From assembly GCA_965287045.1 (NCBI GenBank), contig OZ336882.1:60140001-60204000 (forward strand): a DNA stretch of 64,000 nt, read 5' to 3'. This DNA comes from Carcharhinus amblyrhynchos. Lineage: Eukaryota. Of this stretch, positions 1 to 10,189 are shown in pieces. A program made the translations under genes and the position numbers. Below the pieces are notes generated by a model, which saw only the letters and a list, made by a program, of their open reading frames with translations, searched no databases and had not been told where the DNA came from. The number at the start of each line of letters is the position of its first letter. Positions within the stretch are counted from its first letter, which is position 1.

Positions 1-2316
1 AAATAAATTGATAATGGTCAATGCATTGTGAATCAACATCTCTACCCCAGAATTTGAACAATTTGTATTTAAATTTCATTCAGGTGCTAAATTGATCTCA
101 GAGATTTGAAAAAAAAGTCATTTTTCTCTACAATGTCATTTTTTTCAATCTCTTAATCTAATCATTCTTTTCCTTCTTTCATTTCTCTTTCTCTACCTAA
201 TCTGACTTCAATTAATATAATCCTGTTACTCCATCATTTTTTCCTCTTGATATAGGAGATATATAGAAGGTCCTGCCATCCATTAAGATTCCAGATATTT
301 TATTACCTTCACTGCACTGTTGTCAGATCATTATTGCAGAAAGTTGAGGTAAAAGAATTTAGAGATCGCGATTCAGAGGCGATCCAATATATATATATTG
401 TATTGACTCGCCTTTAAATATATCTCTAGTGTATACTATTCCGCATTGTTTCCTACTTGTGGAACTTATTGAAAATGTTGCTGTATTTTGTAGAATAGAC
501 ATGTCAAATTCTACATATTTATGCTCTTAACACAAACTGGAAATAGAAAACCATCAATAGTATTTCTCCGCCCTACACTGACAATAGTAATTATTCAAAA
601 CATTGATAATTATAATAATCATTTAAAACACTCAATGTATGGTGACTTTCTCTATCAGATTGCAATCCAAGACAACAGAAAATTAATAGTTTCCCTTTGT
701 GGGCTGAGTCCTACTTTGAGACTCCAACATTGGAGGTGACCATAAAGGGTGCCCGCATATCCCAGGAGTCTCTGGGAGCACCCCCCCCACCCCCCCCCAC
801 CCCCCACCCCCCAAGTGCGGCTGAATGTCCCCCCCAAATGGTGATGGACCCTCCCGATGCAGCCCAACTGGCAGCGGGGTGGGAACTGACCCTCAGTTGG
901 GTACTTAAGTGGCTCAATTGGCTACTGCACCTCTCTGTAAAATTCAGCCAATTCTCTCTGTTTATTTGACCGAGAACTGATCTCACTGAAAAGCATAAGG
1001 TTCTGAAGGAAGGGACACCCGCTGAGAGGTTGTTTCCCATGGCTAAGAACAGCCCCAGCTTCGCCAATGAAACTGAAGTCCCTCATCCCTGGAACCAGTC
1101 TCATAAATCTCTTCTGCACTTTCCCTAATGCCTTTACATCCTTATTAAAATGTTATGTCAGAATTGGACACAGTACTGCACTGAAGCTGGACCAATGATT
1201 TATATTGCTCGATCTCCCTGCTTTTGTATTCTATGCCTCTATTTATAAAGCCCATGATCCCAGGTGTCTTATTAATGGATTTCATAACATGCCTTGACAT
1301 TTTCCATGATTTGAGCACTGATACCCCCAGATCTCTCTGCTTTCTTTAGAATTGTTTCTTTTATTTTGTATGACTCCACATTTTTCTTACCCAAATTTAT
1401 CACTTCACACTTCTCTGTATTAATCTTCATTCTCCATTTGTTCGCACATTCATCCAGCCTACCTACATCCTCTTGAAGTCTATCTCTGTGCTCCTTACGT
1501 GTTCACATTATTTATAAACTTTGCAACATCCACAAATTTTGACATTGTGCTCTGTGCACTCATGGATATGGATCACTAATATGGATCAAGAAAAGTACTG
1601 ATCATAATATCGAGCTCTGGGGAACTCCATCTTCCTCTAGTCTGAAAAACAGTCATTGACCATTACTGTCTTTCTGCCAGTCAACCTATTTCTTATCCAT
1701 GCTGCCACTGTACCTTGTATTTAATGGGCTCTAACTTTGTTGTTGATAAAGCTCTAAATGACAGTGTCAGCAAACTCACTAAACTCACCAACCCTCTATG
1801 TTGCCTCGTTAAAAAAACTCAAAACATCAAGATTTATCTTTAACAACAGTTATGGCCAATGCTTCTGCAAATTCCAGCTTTACTTTCTCAGTATCCTCAG
1901 ATGCATCTGATCTCATCCTGATGACATATCAACTTTAGATATAGCCAGCTTTTCTAAAACCTCCTTTTATCAATGTTTAACATATCCAATGTCTCAACTA
2001 CCTTTTTCTTCAGTATGATTTGGTGAAGACAAATGTAATTTACTCATTTACTACCTCAGCCATGCCCTCTGCCTCCATGCATCATTCTCCTTTTTGATTC
2101 ATAATTGACCTCACTCTTCTATTTACCACCCTTTATAAGGTTATCAACGATTTTTAGATTCCTTTTTTATGTCAGCTGCCAGTGTCTTCTCATTCTCTCT
2201 CTTTGCTGCTCTTATTTCTTTTTACTCTTTTCCTCTGGACTTGCTATTTTCAGTTTGGGTTGGACTTTTCAACCTGCAATTCTTTTCTGCTTTCTCCTAC
2301 ACCAACTGTCCTTTGA

Positions 2317-2635
2317 GGTGGCATGGTGGCACAGTGGTTAGCCCTGCTGCCTCACCGTGCTAGGGACCTGGGTTCAATTCCAGCCTCGGGTGACTGTCTG
2401 AGTAGAATCTACACATTCTCCCAGTGTCATGTTTGGGTTTCCTCTGAATGCTCTAGTTTCCTCCCACAGTCTGAGGAGGCGTGGGTTAGATTGATTGGCC
2501 ATGGTAAGTTGACCCTTGGAGTCAGGGGGATTAGTAGGGTAAACACATGGGTTTATGGTCATAGGGCCCGAATGGGATTGTTGTTTGTGCAGGCTGGATG
2601 GGCTTCCTTCTGCACTGTAGGGATTCTACGATTCT
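2317..2635 (+). mobile_element. HE1-like V-SINE (tRNA head, CR1/HER1-type tail)
   Basis: A-box tggcacagtggttagc, B-box ggttcaattcc, central ggtttcctc..ctcccacagtc, tail ttctgcactgtagggattctacgattct; many paralogs in the window. Confidence 0.9.
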
Positions 2636-2763
2636 GTCTCCTTCATCATCTGGAAGGCTCTGACTTTTTTTTTCTCCTTTAGCCCTCTTAGGAATGTGCC
2701 TCCTCTGTACCCAACTCTTTCCTCATTAAAGGCAGTTCATTGTTCTATGATGGTTTTGTTTGT

Positions 2764-3022
2764 AAAAAGTCTGACAACACCAGGTTTTAGTCCAACCTAT
2801 TTATTTGATAATATACTCGCAAGCTTTCGGGTTAGCCCCTTCGTCAGGTGCTAACCTGAAAGCTTGCGAGTATATTATCAAATAAATAGGTTGGACTAAA
2901 ACCTGGTGTTGTCAACCCGAAAGCTTGCGAGTATATTATCAAATAAATAGGTTGGACTAAAACCTGGTGTTGTCAGACTTTTTACTGTGTTTACGCCAGT
3001 CCAACGCCGGCATACCCACATC
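2764..3022. mobile_element. Young Penelope-like fold-back insertion with a 61-bp internal tandem duplication
   Basis: 14-bp TSD atggttttgtttgt (2750-2763 / 3023-3036); left arm 2762-2850 is the reverse complement of the right arm; unit from 2853 repeats at 2914; nearly identical to 28700-28931. Confidence 0.85.
2816..2850 (-). ncRNA. Minimal type I hammerhead ribozyme motif (Penelope-associated)
   Basis: Minus strand cac-CUGACGA-A-GGG(gcuaa)CCC-GAAA-GC-UU-gcgag: conserved core, 3-bp stem II, palindromic AGCU in place of stem III; stem I has one mismatch. Confidence 0.7.
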
Positions 3023-3616
3023 ATGGTTTTGTTTGTCAGTCTTTGATTCAAATTTACCTGAGATAGACTTATTCTCATCTCTTTGAAATTGGCCCTCCTC
3101 CAGCTTTCTTTTGTTTCTGGAGTGCTACTTGTACTTTTCTATAGTTAACCTAAAATTTATGATACTGTAAGCAATGTCTCCTGCATTTACCTCTCATAAC
3201 ACTTAATCTACTTGACCCACCTCATTCACTGGAACCAGATCCAGGAATACCATCTTCCTCATCGGACTGGGAACATACTGAAATTCCACCTGACCACATT
3301 TCAGAAACTCTTTACCCTCTCTGTTCTTTATTGTGTAATTGTAGTCTCTATTGGGAGAACTGAAATCCCCCATTATATCTACTCTAAAATTCTTGCAACT
3401 TTCTTTAATTTATTTGCAAATTCTTTCTTTATATCTTCCTCCCAGTTGGTAACCTAGAGAATACACCCAGCAATGTAATGATACCGATATTGTTTTTCAG
3501 TTCTGACCAAATAGATAGTGTCTTGACTCCTCTATCAACATCTTTCTCCAGCATTCTAATATTTGCCATAATTAATACTACTACCCCTTCACCTTTCTTT
3601 CCTTCCCTAAATTTAG

Positions 3617-3770
3617 ATTCATAGAATCACAGAATCCCTACAGTGCAGAAGGAGGCCATTTGGTCCATCAAGCTTGCATTGACAACAATCCTATCCAAGT
3701 TCTATCCCCTTAATCCCACGTATTTATCCTACTAATCTCCCTGACACTAAGGGGCAATCTATCATGGCCA
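3617..3770 (-). mobile_element. HE1-like SINE, 3' half
   Basis: catagaatcacagaatccctacagtgcagaagg is the reverse complement of the HE1 tail. Confidence 0.85.
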
Positions 3771-3771
3771 G

Positions 3772-4093
3772 ATGGCAGAATAGTGGCAGAGTGGTTAGCA
3801 CTGCTGCCTCATCGTGCCAGGGACCCAGTTCAATTCCAGCCTCGGATCATTGTCTGAGTGGAGTTTGCATGTTCTTCCCATGTTTATATGGGTTTCCTTC
3901 GGGAGCTCTGGTTTCCTCCCACAGTCCAAAAATGTGCAGATTAGGTTGATTGACCATGCTAAATTGATGCTAGTATTAAGCGGATTAGCGGAATAAATAT
4001 GCAGGGTTACAGGAATAGGGCCTGAGTGGGATTGTGGTCAGAACAAACTTGATGGGTCGAATGGCCTTTTTCTATACTGTAAGGATTCTATGA
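3772..4093 (+). mobile_element. HE1-like V-SINE
   Basis: A/B boxes, central domain, tail ggattctatga. Confidence 0.9.
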
Positions 4094-4097
4094 AGCA

Positions 4098-4213
4098 ACC
4101 TAACTTTGCAATGTGAGAAGAAACTGGAACATCTGGAAGAAATCCAAGCAGACACAGGGAGAATGTGCAAACGCCACATAGACAGTGACCTAAGGAATTG
4201 AACCCGGTCCTGC
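4098..4213 (-). mobile_element. HE1-like SINE fragment
   Basis: gagaatgtgcaaacgccacatagacagtgacc matches the SINE body in reverse. Confidence 0.8.
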
Positions 4214-4239
4214 GTCCCAAGCATGCGGGGAATTACAGA

Positions 4240-4570
4240 AAGCAAAGGTGTAATTAACTGTGGGAGCAGCTGCTGACAGTAAAGCTGTTCACACAGGTCA
4301 GCCCTGGTATTTCTGGAGATGTGACTGGCAAACACATCAGTGCTATTGTTTTTGTGGAACTTCAGGCGGTTCAGTGAGAGTCCTGATCTATAGTTTTCAC
4401 TGCGTGTTGCTCTCTCACTAGTGCTATCAACAATCAACCTTTTCTTCAAACAATCAATAACAACCTGGCAAATTGTGCAAGATAGCTTCTCAGGGTCAGC
4501 GTGAAAACAAAATCCCATTTAAGTACAATCCGAAACTCAAACAATTTTAGCTCTTTTTAGGCAGTTGTTG
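4240..4570 (-). pseudogene. Decayed CGGBP1-like / hAT-transposase N-terminal (Zn-BED-like) coding relic
   Basis: FHADPEKLSCTICQVVIDCLKK resembles CGGBP1 LHEDGGKLFCTSCNVVLNHVRK (from memory); weaker downstream echoes SGLSLNRL and EQL...LP; the His ligands are not retained. Confidence 0.45.
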
Positions 4571-4578
4571 ATTATTAG

Positions 4579-4588
4579 TGATTGACAG
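4579..4588 (+). promoter_or_regulatory. Perfect PBX-MEIS/PREP decamer TGATTGACAG
   Basis: Exact consensus at the edge of a non-repetitive stretch rich in TAAT/TTTATG. Confidence 0.4.
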
Positions 4589-5689
4589 ATAGTCTCACCG
4601 ACAATGAGACCAGCTTTTGACCTTACCCAAATAATTAATGTGAAGCATCACACATCTGTCCCTATTTGACAACTATGTGACACTGTGGCCAATTCTCCAT
4701 TCTGAGCTTGCATGTATTGTGTGTAATGTTAATAAATATGGAATCAGATTGCATCAGCTCATAAACTACACAAGAGTTAAGAATTTTTATGAGTTTGCAA
4801 ATTTCATGGTAAGTTTTCATTTCTCTGCGGCAGCTGCTAATTCATTACAAATAGAAAGGGTCTTTGATCATATGCTATGTTTTAAAATTAGTATATACTA
4901 CATTAAAGATCTGCTTTACCTCCCCATAGTGTGAAAGGTTTGCTGCTTTATGTTACATATGGGCCCTGTTGCTCATTACAATATAAAATGCTTGCTTTTC
5001 TATACTATATACCCTATATGCTAACGAGCATAAAAGTTCTGGGATATATATATATATGTGTATACATATATTTAATTATTATTTACTGCTCTATTTATTA
5101 TAAAAATTCTGATTTTGGAGAGTTTTTTGATGATAAAACGTCAATGTTCACGGTCATTACCTGTCTGAAACTAACTCTAACTGCCGGATTTCTTGCAAGG
5201 TCATTAACATTTTTAAGTTGCAGTCTGTTTTTCACTGCTCTGCTACAGGCTTCATTGTTCCTCCCTCCTTCCTCAGCCCCCACGCCAGCCCTCACTGGAA
5301 ACTGTTTAAAATTCACTTGATTTTTGTGCTTTTCTTTTCCTAGTTGGCTGTCTTTGAGAATACTTTAATACGATTGGCTGTTTGGACAGCTTGACGTAAT
5401 TCCTACAGCACCATACTAGAAATCCCCCCATTAAAGAACATGGCAAACTATTGGGTGGGAGGGGGTAAAGTTTTGATCACAGAAATCAATAAATCTCTCA
5501 GTGTGGCTTTCTTTGAGGTCAACAGTGAATGCCTTGGCTCCTCTGCTGACCCAAAGCACCAGCCTACATAAAAGGTCTATCATTCTATATTTTATATATA
5601 TAATATATATAATAGTGTCTGCTATTCTCTGTAATATTTATCTAGGATCTGCTGCACCAATATAAATAATATCATTTATGCTGTCTTAG

Positions 5690-5968
5690 TGCAAGAAGGC
5701 ATAGTTTTAAGGTGAGAGAGGAAAGATTTAAAAGCAATCTGAGGGGCAACTTTTTCACACAGAGGATGATATATGTATGGAATGAGATGCCAGAGGAGGT
5801 GGTAGAGGCGGGTACAATTACTACATTTAAAAGTGGAGAGGTACATGGATAAGAAAGGTGTAGAAGGATATGGGCCAACTGCAGGCGAATGGGACCAGTT
5901 CAGTTTAGACATGGACAAGTCGGCCCGAAGGGCCTGTTCCCGTGTGTGTATCTCTATGACTCTATGAC
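5690..5968 (+). mobile_element. HER1/CR1 LINE 3' end
   Basis: ctgaggggcaactttttcacacagagg (LRGNFFTQR); tail ctctatgactctatgac. Confidence 0.85.
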
Positions 5969-6621
5969 AGTGCTGGTGTAACAGTGGGCTATCGTATCAA
6001 GGATTGGCACTGGTCTATCTTCAGTTGGTTGATTCCTGGTTGAGGTAGTCAGCTCCTGGAGGTCCTTTCTAACCTCTAGACACAATAACACTTGCAGCAA
6101 AATGTATCTGGAATTCGGGTTAAAATAGGAGTGGACTGCATGAGCTCTGACTTTTTAATAATGTTCGGAATATTTGTGGTACTACTTTAAGAATGTTTCA
6201 AAGTTCACACATGCATTTTATAACTCAGTATCTGCAGGAAGTAGAAACCTGCCTAATCTATTTTTCCTCCTGTCTAACATTGAAATTAGTTGTAGAATTC
6301 TGCTACCACTTTACCTACAATGAGTTAACTCAGTTCAGACCAGGGATTAGCTTCGGAAGTGTTCTGATTTCTGCAGTTCAATGTTACATTGGGACATGAA
6401 TTTACTGATTTTCTGGGCCACTGAGAGAGATGGATGGGAGAATGTAAATTGCTCCACTGTCAGCTTAATAACATACTTTCCTTTAAATTTGTGCTTCAAA
6501 TCCCATTCAAACACCTGGGGAGCATCAAGTGAGTGCTATCATGTTGCACACAGGTGCAATTGATGTTAAAATAGTGTGCTGTTGTTTGGTTTAGCCCAAT
6601 ATTAAAGGTTTTTTTGACATT

Positions 6622-6946
6622 GGGGCAGCATGGTGGCACAGTGGTTAGCACTGCTGCCTCACAGTGCCAGGGACCCTGGTTCAATTCCCAGCTTGGGTCA
6701 CTATCTGTACAGAGTTTGCACATTCTCCTTGTGTCTGCATGGGTTTCCTCCGGTTGCCCTTGTTTCCTCCCACAGTTTAAAGATGTGTAGGTTAGGTTGA
6801 ATGGCCATGCTAAATTGCCCCTTAGTGTCAGGGAGATTAGCAGGGTAAATATGTGAGGTTATGGAGATAGGGCCTGGATGGAATTGTTGTTGGTGCAGGT
6901 TCGAAGGGCTGAATGGCCTCCTTCTGCATTGTAGAGACTCTATGAT
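6622..6946 (+). mobile_element. HE1-like V-SINE
   Basis: ggggcagcatggtggcacagtggttagc head to ctctatgatt tail. Confidence 0.9.
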
Positions 6947-7328
6947 TAATTGCAGGAGAGCCAGGAGTTTGCTTTGGCCACAGCTTCCCTGCCAAACAGT
7001 GCCACCAACAAAAAAATTAATTGGGCAGGAATTAACTTTGGAACTTTCCGGAGGTCTTTATCCTATCTTTTCTGCTTGGAGTCTGTTGTGCACAAAATGG
7101 CTGCAACTTGGACAGACAGAACAATAACTGCATTTCAAAAGTGATTATTTTGATGTGAAATATATACTAACCGGATATCCTCGGAGAGCTGAGATGCTAT
7201 TATACAAATGCAAAGAGATTTGTTTTGTCACTGAACAGTTAGGGGATTAGACTTTCAAAATATTTAACCAGAGTAAACTCATCAGCTTTCAAGTTGTGTC
7301 TTCACGTGGATGGCATTGACAAAACAAT

Positions 7329-7503
7329 GGATGTGTTTTCCAGTCCTTTCCGGTGGCAGGATCTTCCAGTCCTACCAAAGGGTTTCCTGGCAGAACAGCC
7401 ATGCAGAGTCCGTTAGACATCGGTGGGGCCGCAAGATCCCGTCGGCAGCCAATGGCGCGAGAGGCCTTCATCGCCGGAAAATACAGACTGGAAATCCCAG
7501 CCC
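7329..7503. mobile_element. Small palindromic MITE (probably Harbinger type)
   Basis: Imperfect TIRs ggatgtgttttccagtc / gactggaaatcccagccc; 3-bp TSD aat; internal inverted symmetry. Confidence 0.6.
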
Positions 7504-7852
7504 AATAGAATTTATATTTGAAATAACAACAAAAAGTGCTGGAAAATCTCAGCAAGTTTGGCAGTTTCTATAGAGAGAGAAACATCCAAAGATCTTGGAC
7601 TCGAAACATTAAATCTGGGCGAAATTCTCCCAAAAAACAATATGGTGGTGAGAAAACAGGAGCAGTTTGTGCCGATTTTATCGGGATACTCTGCACCTCA
7701 ATCGTCCCACTGAGAGTGCCATCACGTGAAGTAAGCTGGTATGGAGATTCCAGGCGTGTGACTCACCCAAACTGGCAGCAGCTGTGCCCATTCACAAGGG
7801 GGAGCTGCAATTAAATGCCCCTGCTGCACAGCCAGCCTGCAAAACCGGGAGG

Positions 7853-9400
7853 ATGGCAGTGTGCAGACCAGCCCCACATTTCACGCAGGGAGGCCTAGAA
7901 CAGCAGCTGGCATCAGTGGAAGAGAGGTGGGTCACCCTGTACCCCTGACAGGGCAGACAACCCAGGAGCAGGGGCCCCAATGTGGCCTGGGATGCATGGC
8001 TGCGGCAGTCGGTGCCCGCGGCCTAAACTGAAGACTGGCACCCAATGCCGGAAGAAGATGAACAACCCGATTCAAGCTGCAAGGTTGAGCAGCCATCTGC
8101 CAAGTCTGCCATAGCAATCCATTCTCTGACAGCCCCGTCATTCGGCACCCAAACACTTAGCATCTCCCTCAAATCTCTCTGGTTCCCCCCTCCCCTTCAT
8201 GCCTCCACCCCCACCCCCGCTCCTCCCATCACAACCCCTCCTTGAGAGATATGGTTCAGACAACATAGACCAGGGGTCTCCAAACTATGGCCCATGGGCC
8301 ACATCTGGCCCGCAGCGGGCTGCATCCAGATTGGAGTTTGGAGACCGCTGACACAGACCACCTGTTGACCCTGCATCCCTCTCACCACTCCTGCCGCCCC
8401 TCCGCCAACACCCCAAGTCTGCCAGCCATCAAACTTTCAATCATCCCCTGTTGTTGTCACAGGACGGCCCATAAAAGCAGAGAGCATGAGAAGACAGGCA
8501 GGAGAATCCCTGAGTTGCGTCTCCGGACCCCCTCTGAGGAGCTAGCAACGGAGCTCTCGGAAGGCACCCAGATGAGCTGCGAGTTTGGTGTGCACCATGG
8601 ACTGAGAATCATGAAACCTTCATCCACATGACCTTTCTCAAGTAAGTTCCAAGTTGCCCAAATACTTGTCCCTCCTTGCACAGAACCATGTTCCTTCTAT
8701 TGATGAGCCTAAGGAGTTGCCCCCGCTCCCCCACCCCACCATCCACGATTCCCATGAGTACCTCAAAGGGAATCTCCGCGGAAAGAACCGACCAGGAGTC
8801 ACAGGTTTCAACCACACCATCCACCAACGCAGAAACACACATCTCGGTGAGTGGAATTAGCAGACAGGCTTCGTTCAGGGATCACTATCTGATGAGAACC
8901 GTACACAGCTGCTGATGCACTTCGAGTGGAGGTGGGCACGTCCGAGGGATCAGGCAGGTGGAGGTCTGCTGGATCCAAGGAAAACAGCTGACCCCCAGCC
9001 AGATGCCAAGCCACTGGGAACAGTTCTCAAAAAGCTGCTAGTGATGCAGAAGCAGAGCTGGGGATAGCAGGAGGGGGTGTCAGCTACATTCCAGCCCCTG
9101 CAAAGCTGCTGGGAAGAGTCCTAAAGCCTTCAGGCACAGGATATTGGGCTGTAATTCTGTGGAAGTCAGGCCAACAACTGCAAGGGTGTCGACCGCAGTG
9201 GAAAGCCTGGGGCAGAAAATGGTTGCCATGGGACTAAGGCATGGCAAGTTGCTAAGGACCATGGCTGAGGGCCTCAGGAGCATGCTTGAGCCACAGCGGG
9301 CATTTGCAGTGGGGCTCCAGAGCTTGTCCAGACGCAGAGGGCCATCACTGAGGGCTCACACACTAAACAGGCAATGTTGGGCCCCCAAGACTGGCAGTGC
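7853..9400 (+). pseudogene. Harbinger Myb/SANT-like (MSANTD/NAIF1-like) gene relic, about 3 exons
   Basis: Exon 1 MAVCRPAPHFTQGGLEQQLASVEERWVTLYP*...AWDA..AAV...KTGTQCRKKMNN (7853-~8083); acceptor at 8462 then TAHKSREHEKTGRRIPELRLRTPSEE; donor gtaagt 8642; acceptor 8683; stops and frameshifts present. Confidence 0.7.
8271..8350. mobile_element. 80-bp hAT (Charlie-like) MITE
   Basis: 16-bp TIRs CAGGGGTCTCCAAACT / AGTTTGGAGACCGCTG; 8-bp TSD acatagac / acacagac. Confidence 0.85.
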
Positions 9401-10072
9401 CAAGTGACGCATAGGCTTCTGCAGCTCCCCTCAGCAAAATGTCTTCACCCTTTCTGGTATTGCCATTAGAAAGGGACTGTGATGATGGCAAAATCATTTG
9501 GCGCCAGGTATGGAACCAACTTTTAGGTCTGCACAATCTACTCTGGGATCAATCTGCACCAGGCCTGGAGAGGTCGGAGAATCACCCCCTCCAGAGGCAC
9601 TGCCAAATCTGCTGAGCTTTTCCAGCATTTTTTTGTTTTTTACTTTCAATTTCCAACATCCACAGAGTTTTGCTTTCCTGATTTATATTTGATCCAGATC
9701 TATTACATATTAACAAAAATATATCTAACAAATAGAGGTAAGATGGTGGCAGGCTTTATTTATTTCAAAAATGATTGATTATTGATTATAAATATTATTA
9801 TTTTTCCAGGAGAGAGAAAGTAGTTTGCTTTAAGTCTGAATCAAACAGCTTGTTTTTTCATTTGCCTCACCGCTGTGCTAAGGGAATTATGCTGGACAGA
9901 AGCTCAATAATCTCCTTCAATAACTGTCAACCCACTGAAATTAGGAATTGTCTCTTCCAGCTGCAAATTTTGGAGAATTTACTAAGCTTGATGACTGTGC
10001 AGTTTGAGAGAATTAGTTTGTCACACTTACAGATTCAGAAGGAGAATGAAAATATGATAACTGCACCGCAAA

Positions 10073-10185
10073 AACCCACTCCAGAGACTTGAGCACATAA
10101 TCGAGACTGACATTTCAGGGCAATACTGTCAGAAGTCCATACTTCAGATGAGAGGTTAAATTAAGGTCTCACCTGCCATTTAAAA
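10073..10185 (+). mobile_element. SacSINE1/Deu-domain SINE, 5' part
   Basis: cccactccagagacttgagcacataatc...ttcagatgagaggttaaa resembles the DeuSINE core; continues at 13340. Confidence 0.65.
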
Positions 10186-10189
10186 AGAA

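Larger units (their letters stand above)
1070..3615 (-). mobile_element. Old, heavily decayed CR1-type LINE (ORF2 region), interrupted by a SINE and a Penelope-like insertion
   Basis: Decayed similarity to the young CR1 at 24.7-25.3 kb, e.g. 1085-1130 atccctggaaccagtctcataaatctcttctgcac vs 24726-24760 tccggtatcagcctagtaaacctcctctgcac; no open frame. Confidence 0.65.
7617..9589 (+). mobile_element. PIF/Harbinger DNA transposon derivative carrying the Myb/SANT gene
   Basis: TIRs gggcgaaattctcc / ggagaatcaccccc; GC-rich interior; Myb/SANT relic inside. Confidence 0.7.
7520..9680. mobile_element. Older fold-back repeat of a second, probably Penelope-derived family, split by the Harbinger insertion (arms ~7520-7616 and ~9590-9680)
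   Basis: gtgctggaaaatctcagcaagtttggcag is the inverted counterpart of ctgccaaatctgctgagcttttccagcat; related copy at 46.33-46.45 kb. Confidence 0.55.

Noticed and set aside
2323-2682. Recurring 60-170 aa ORFs beginning VAQWLALL or containing GHCLCGVCTFS
   Set aside because: Translations of SINE sequence, not genes
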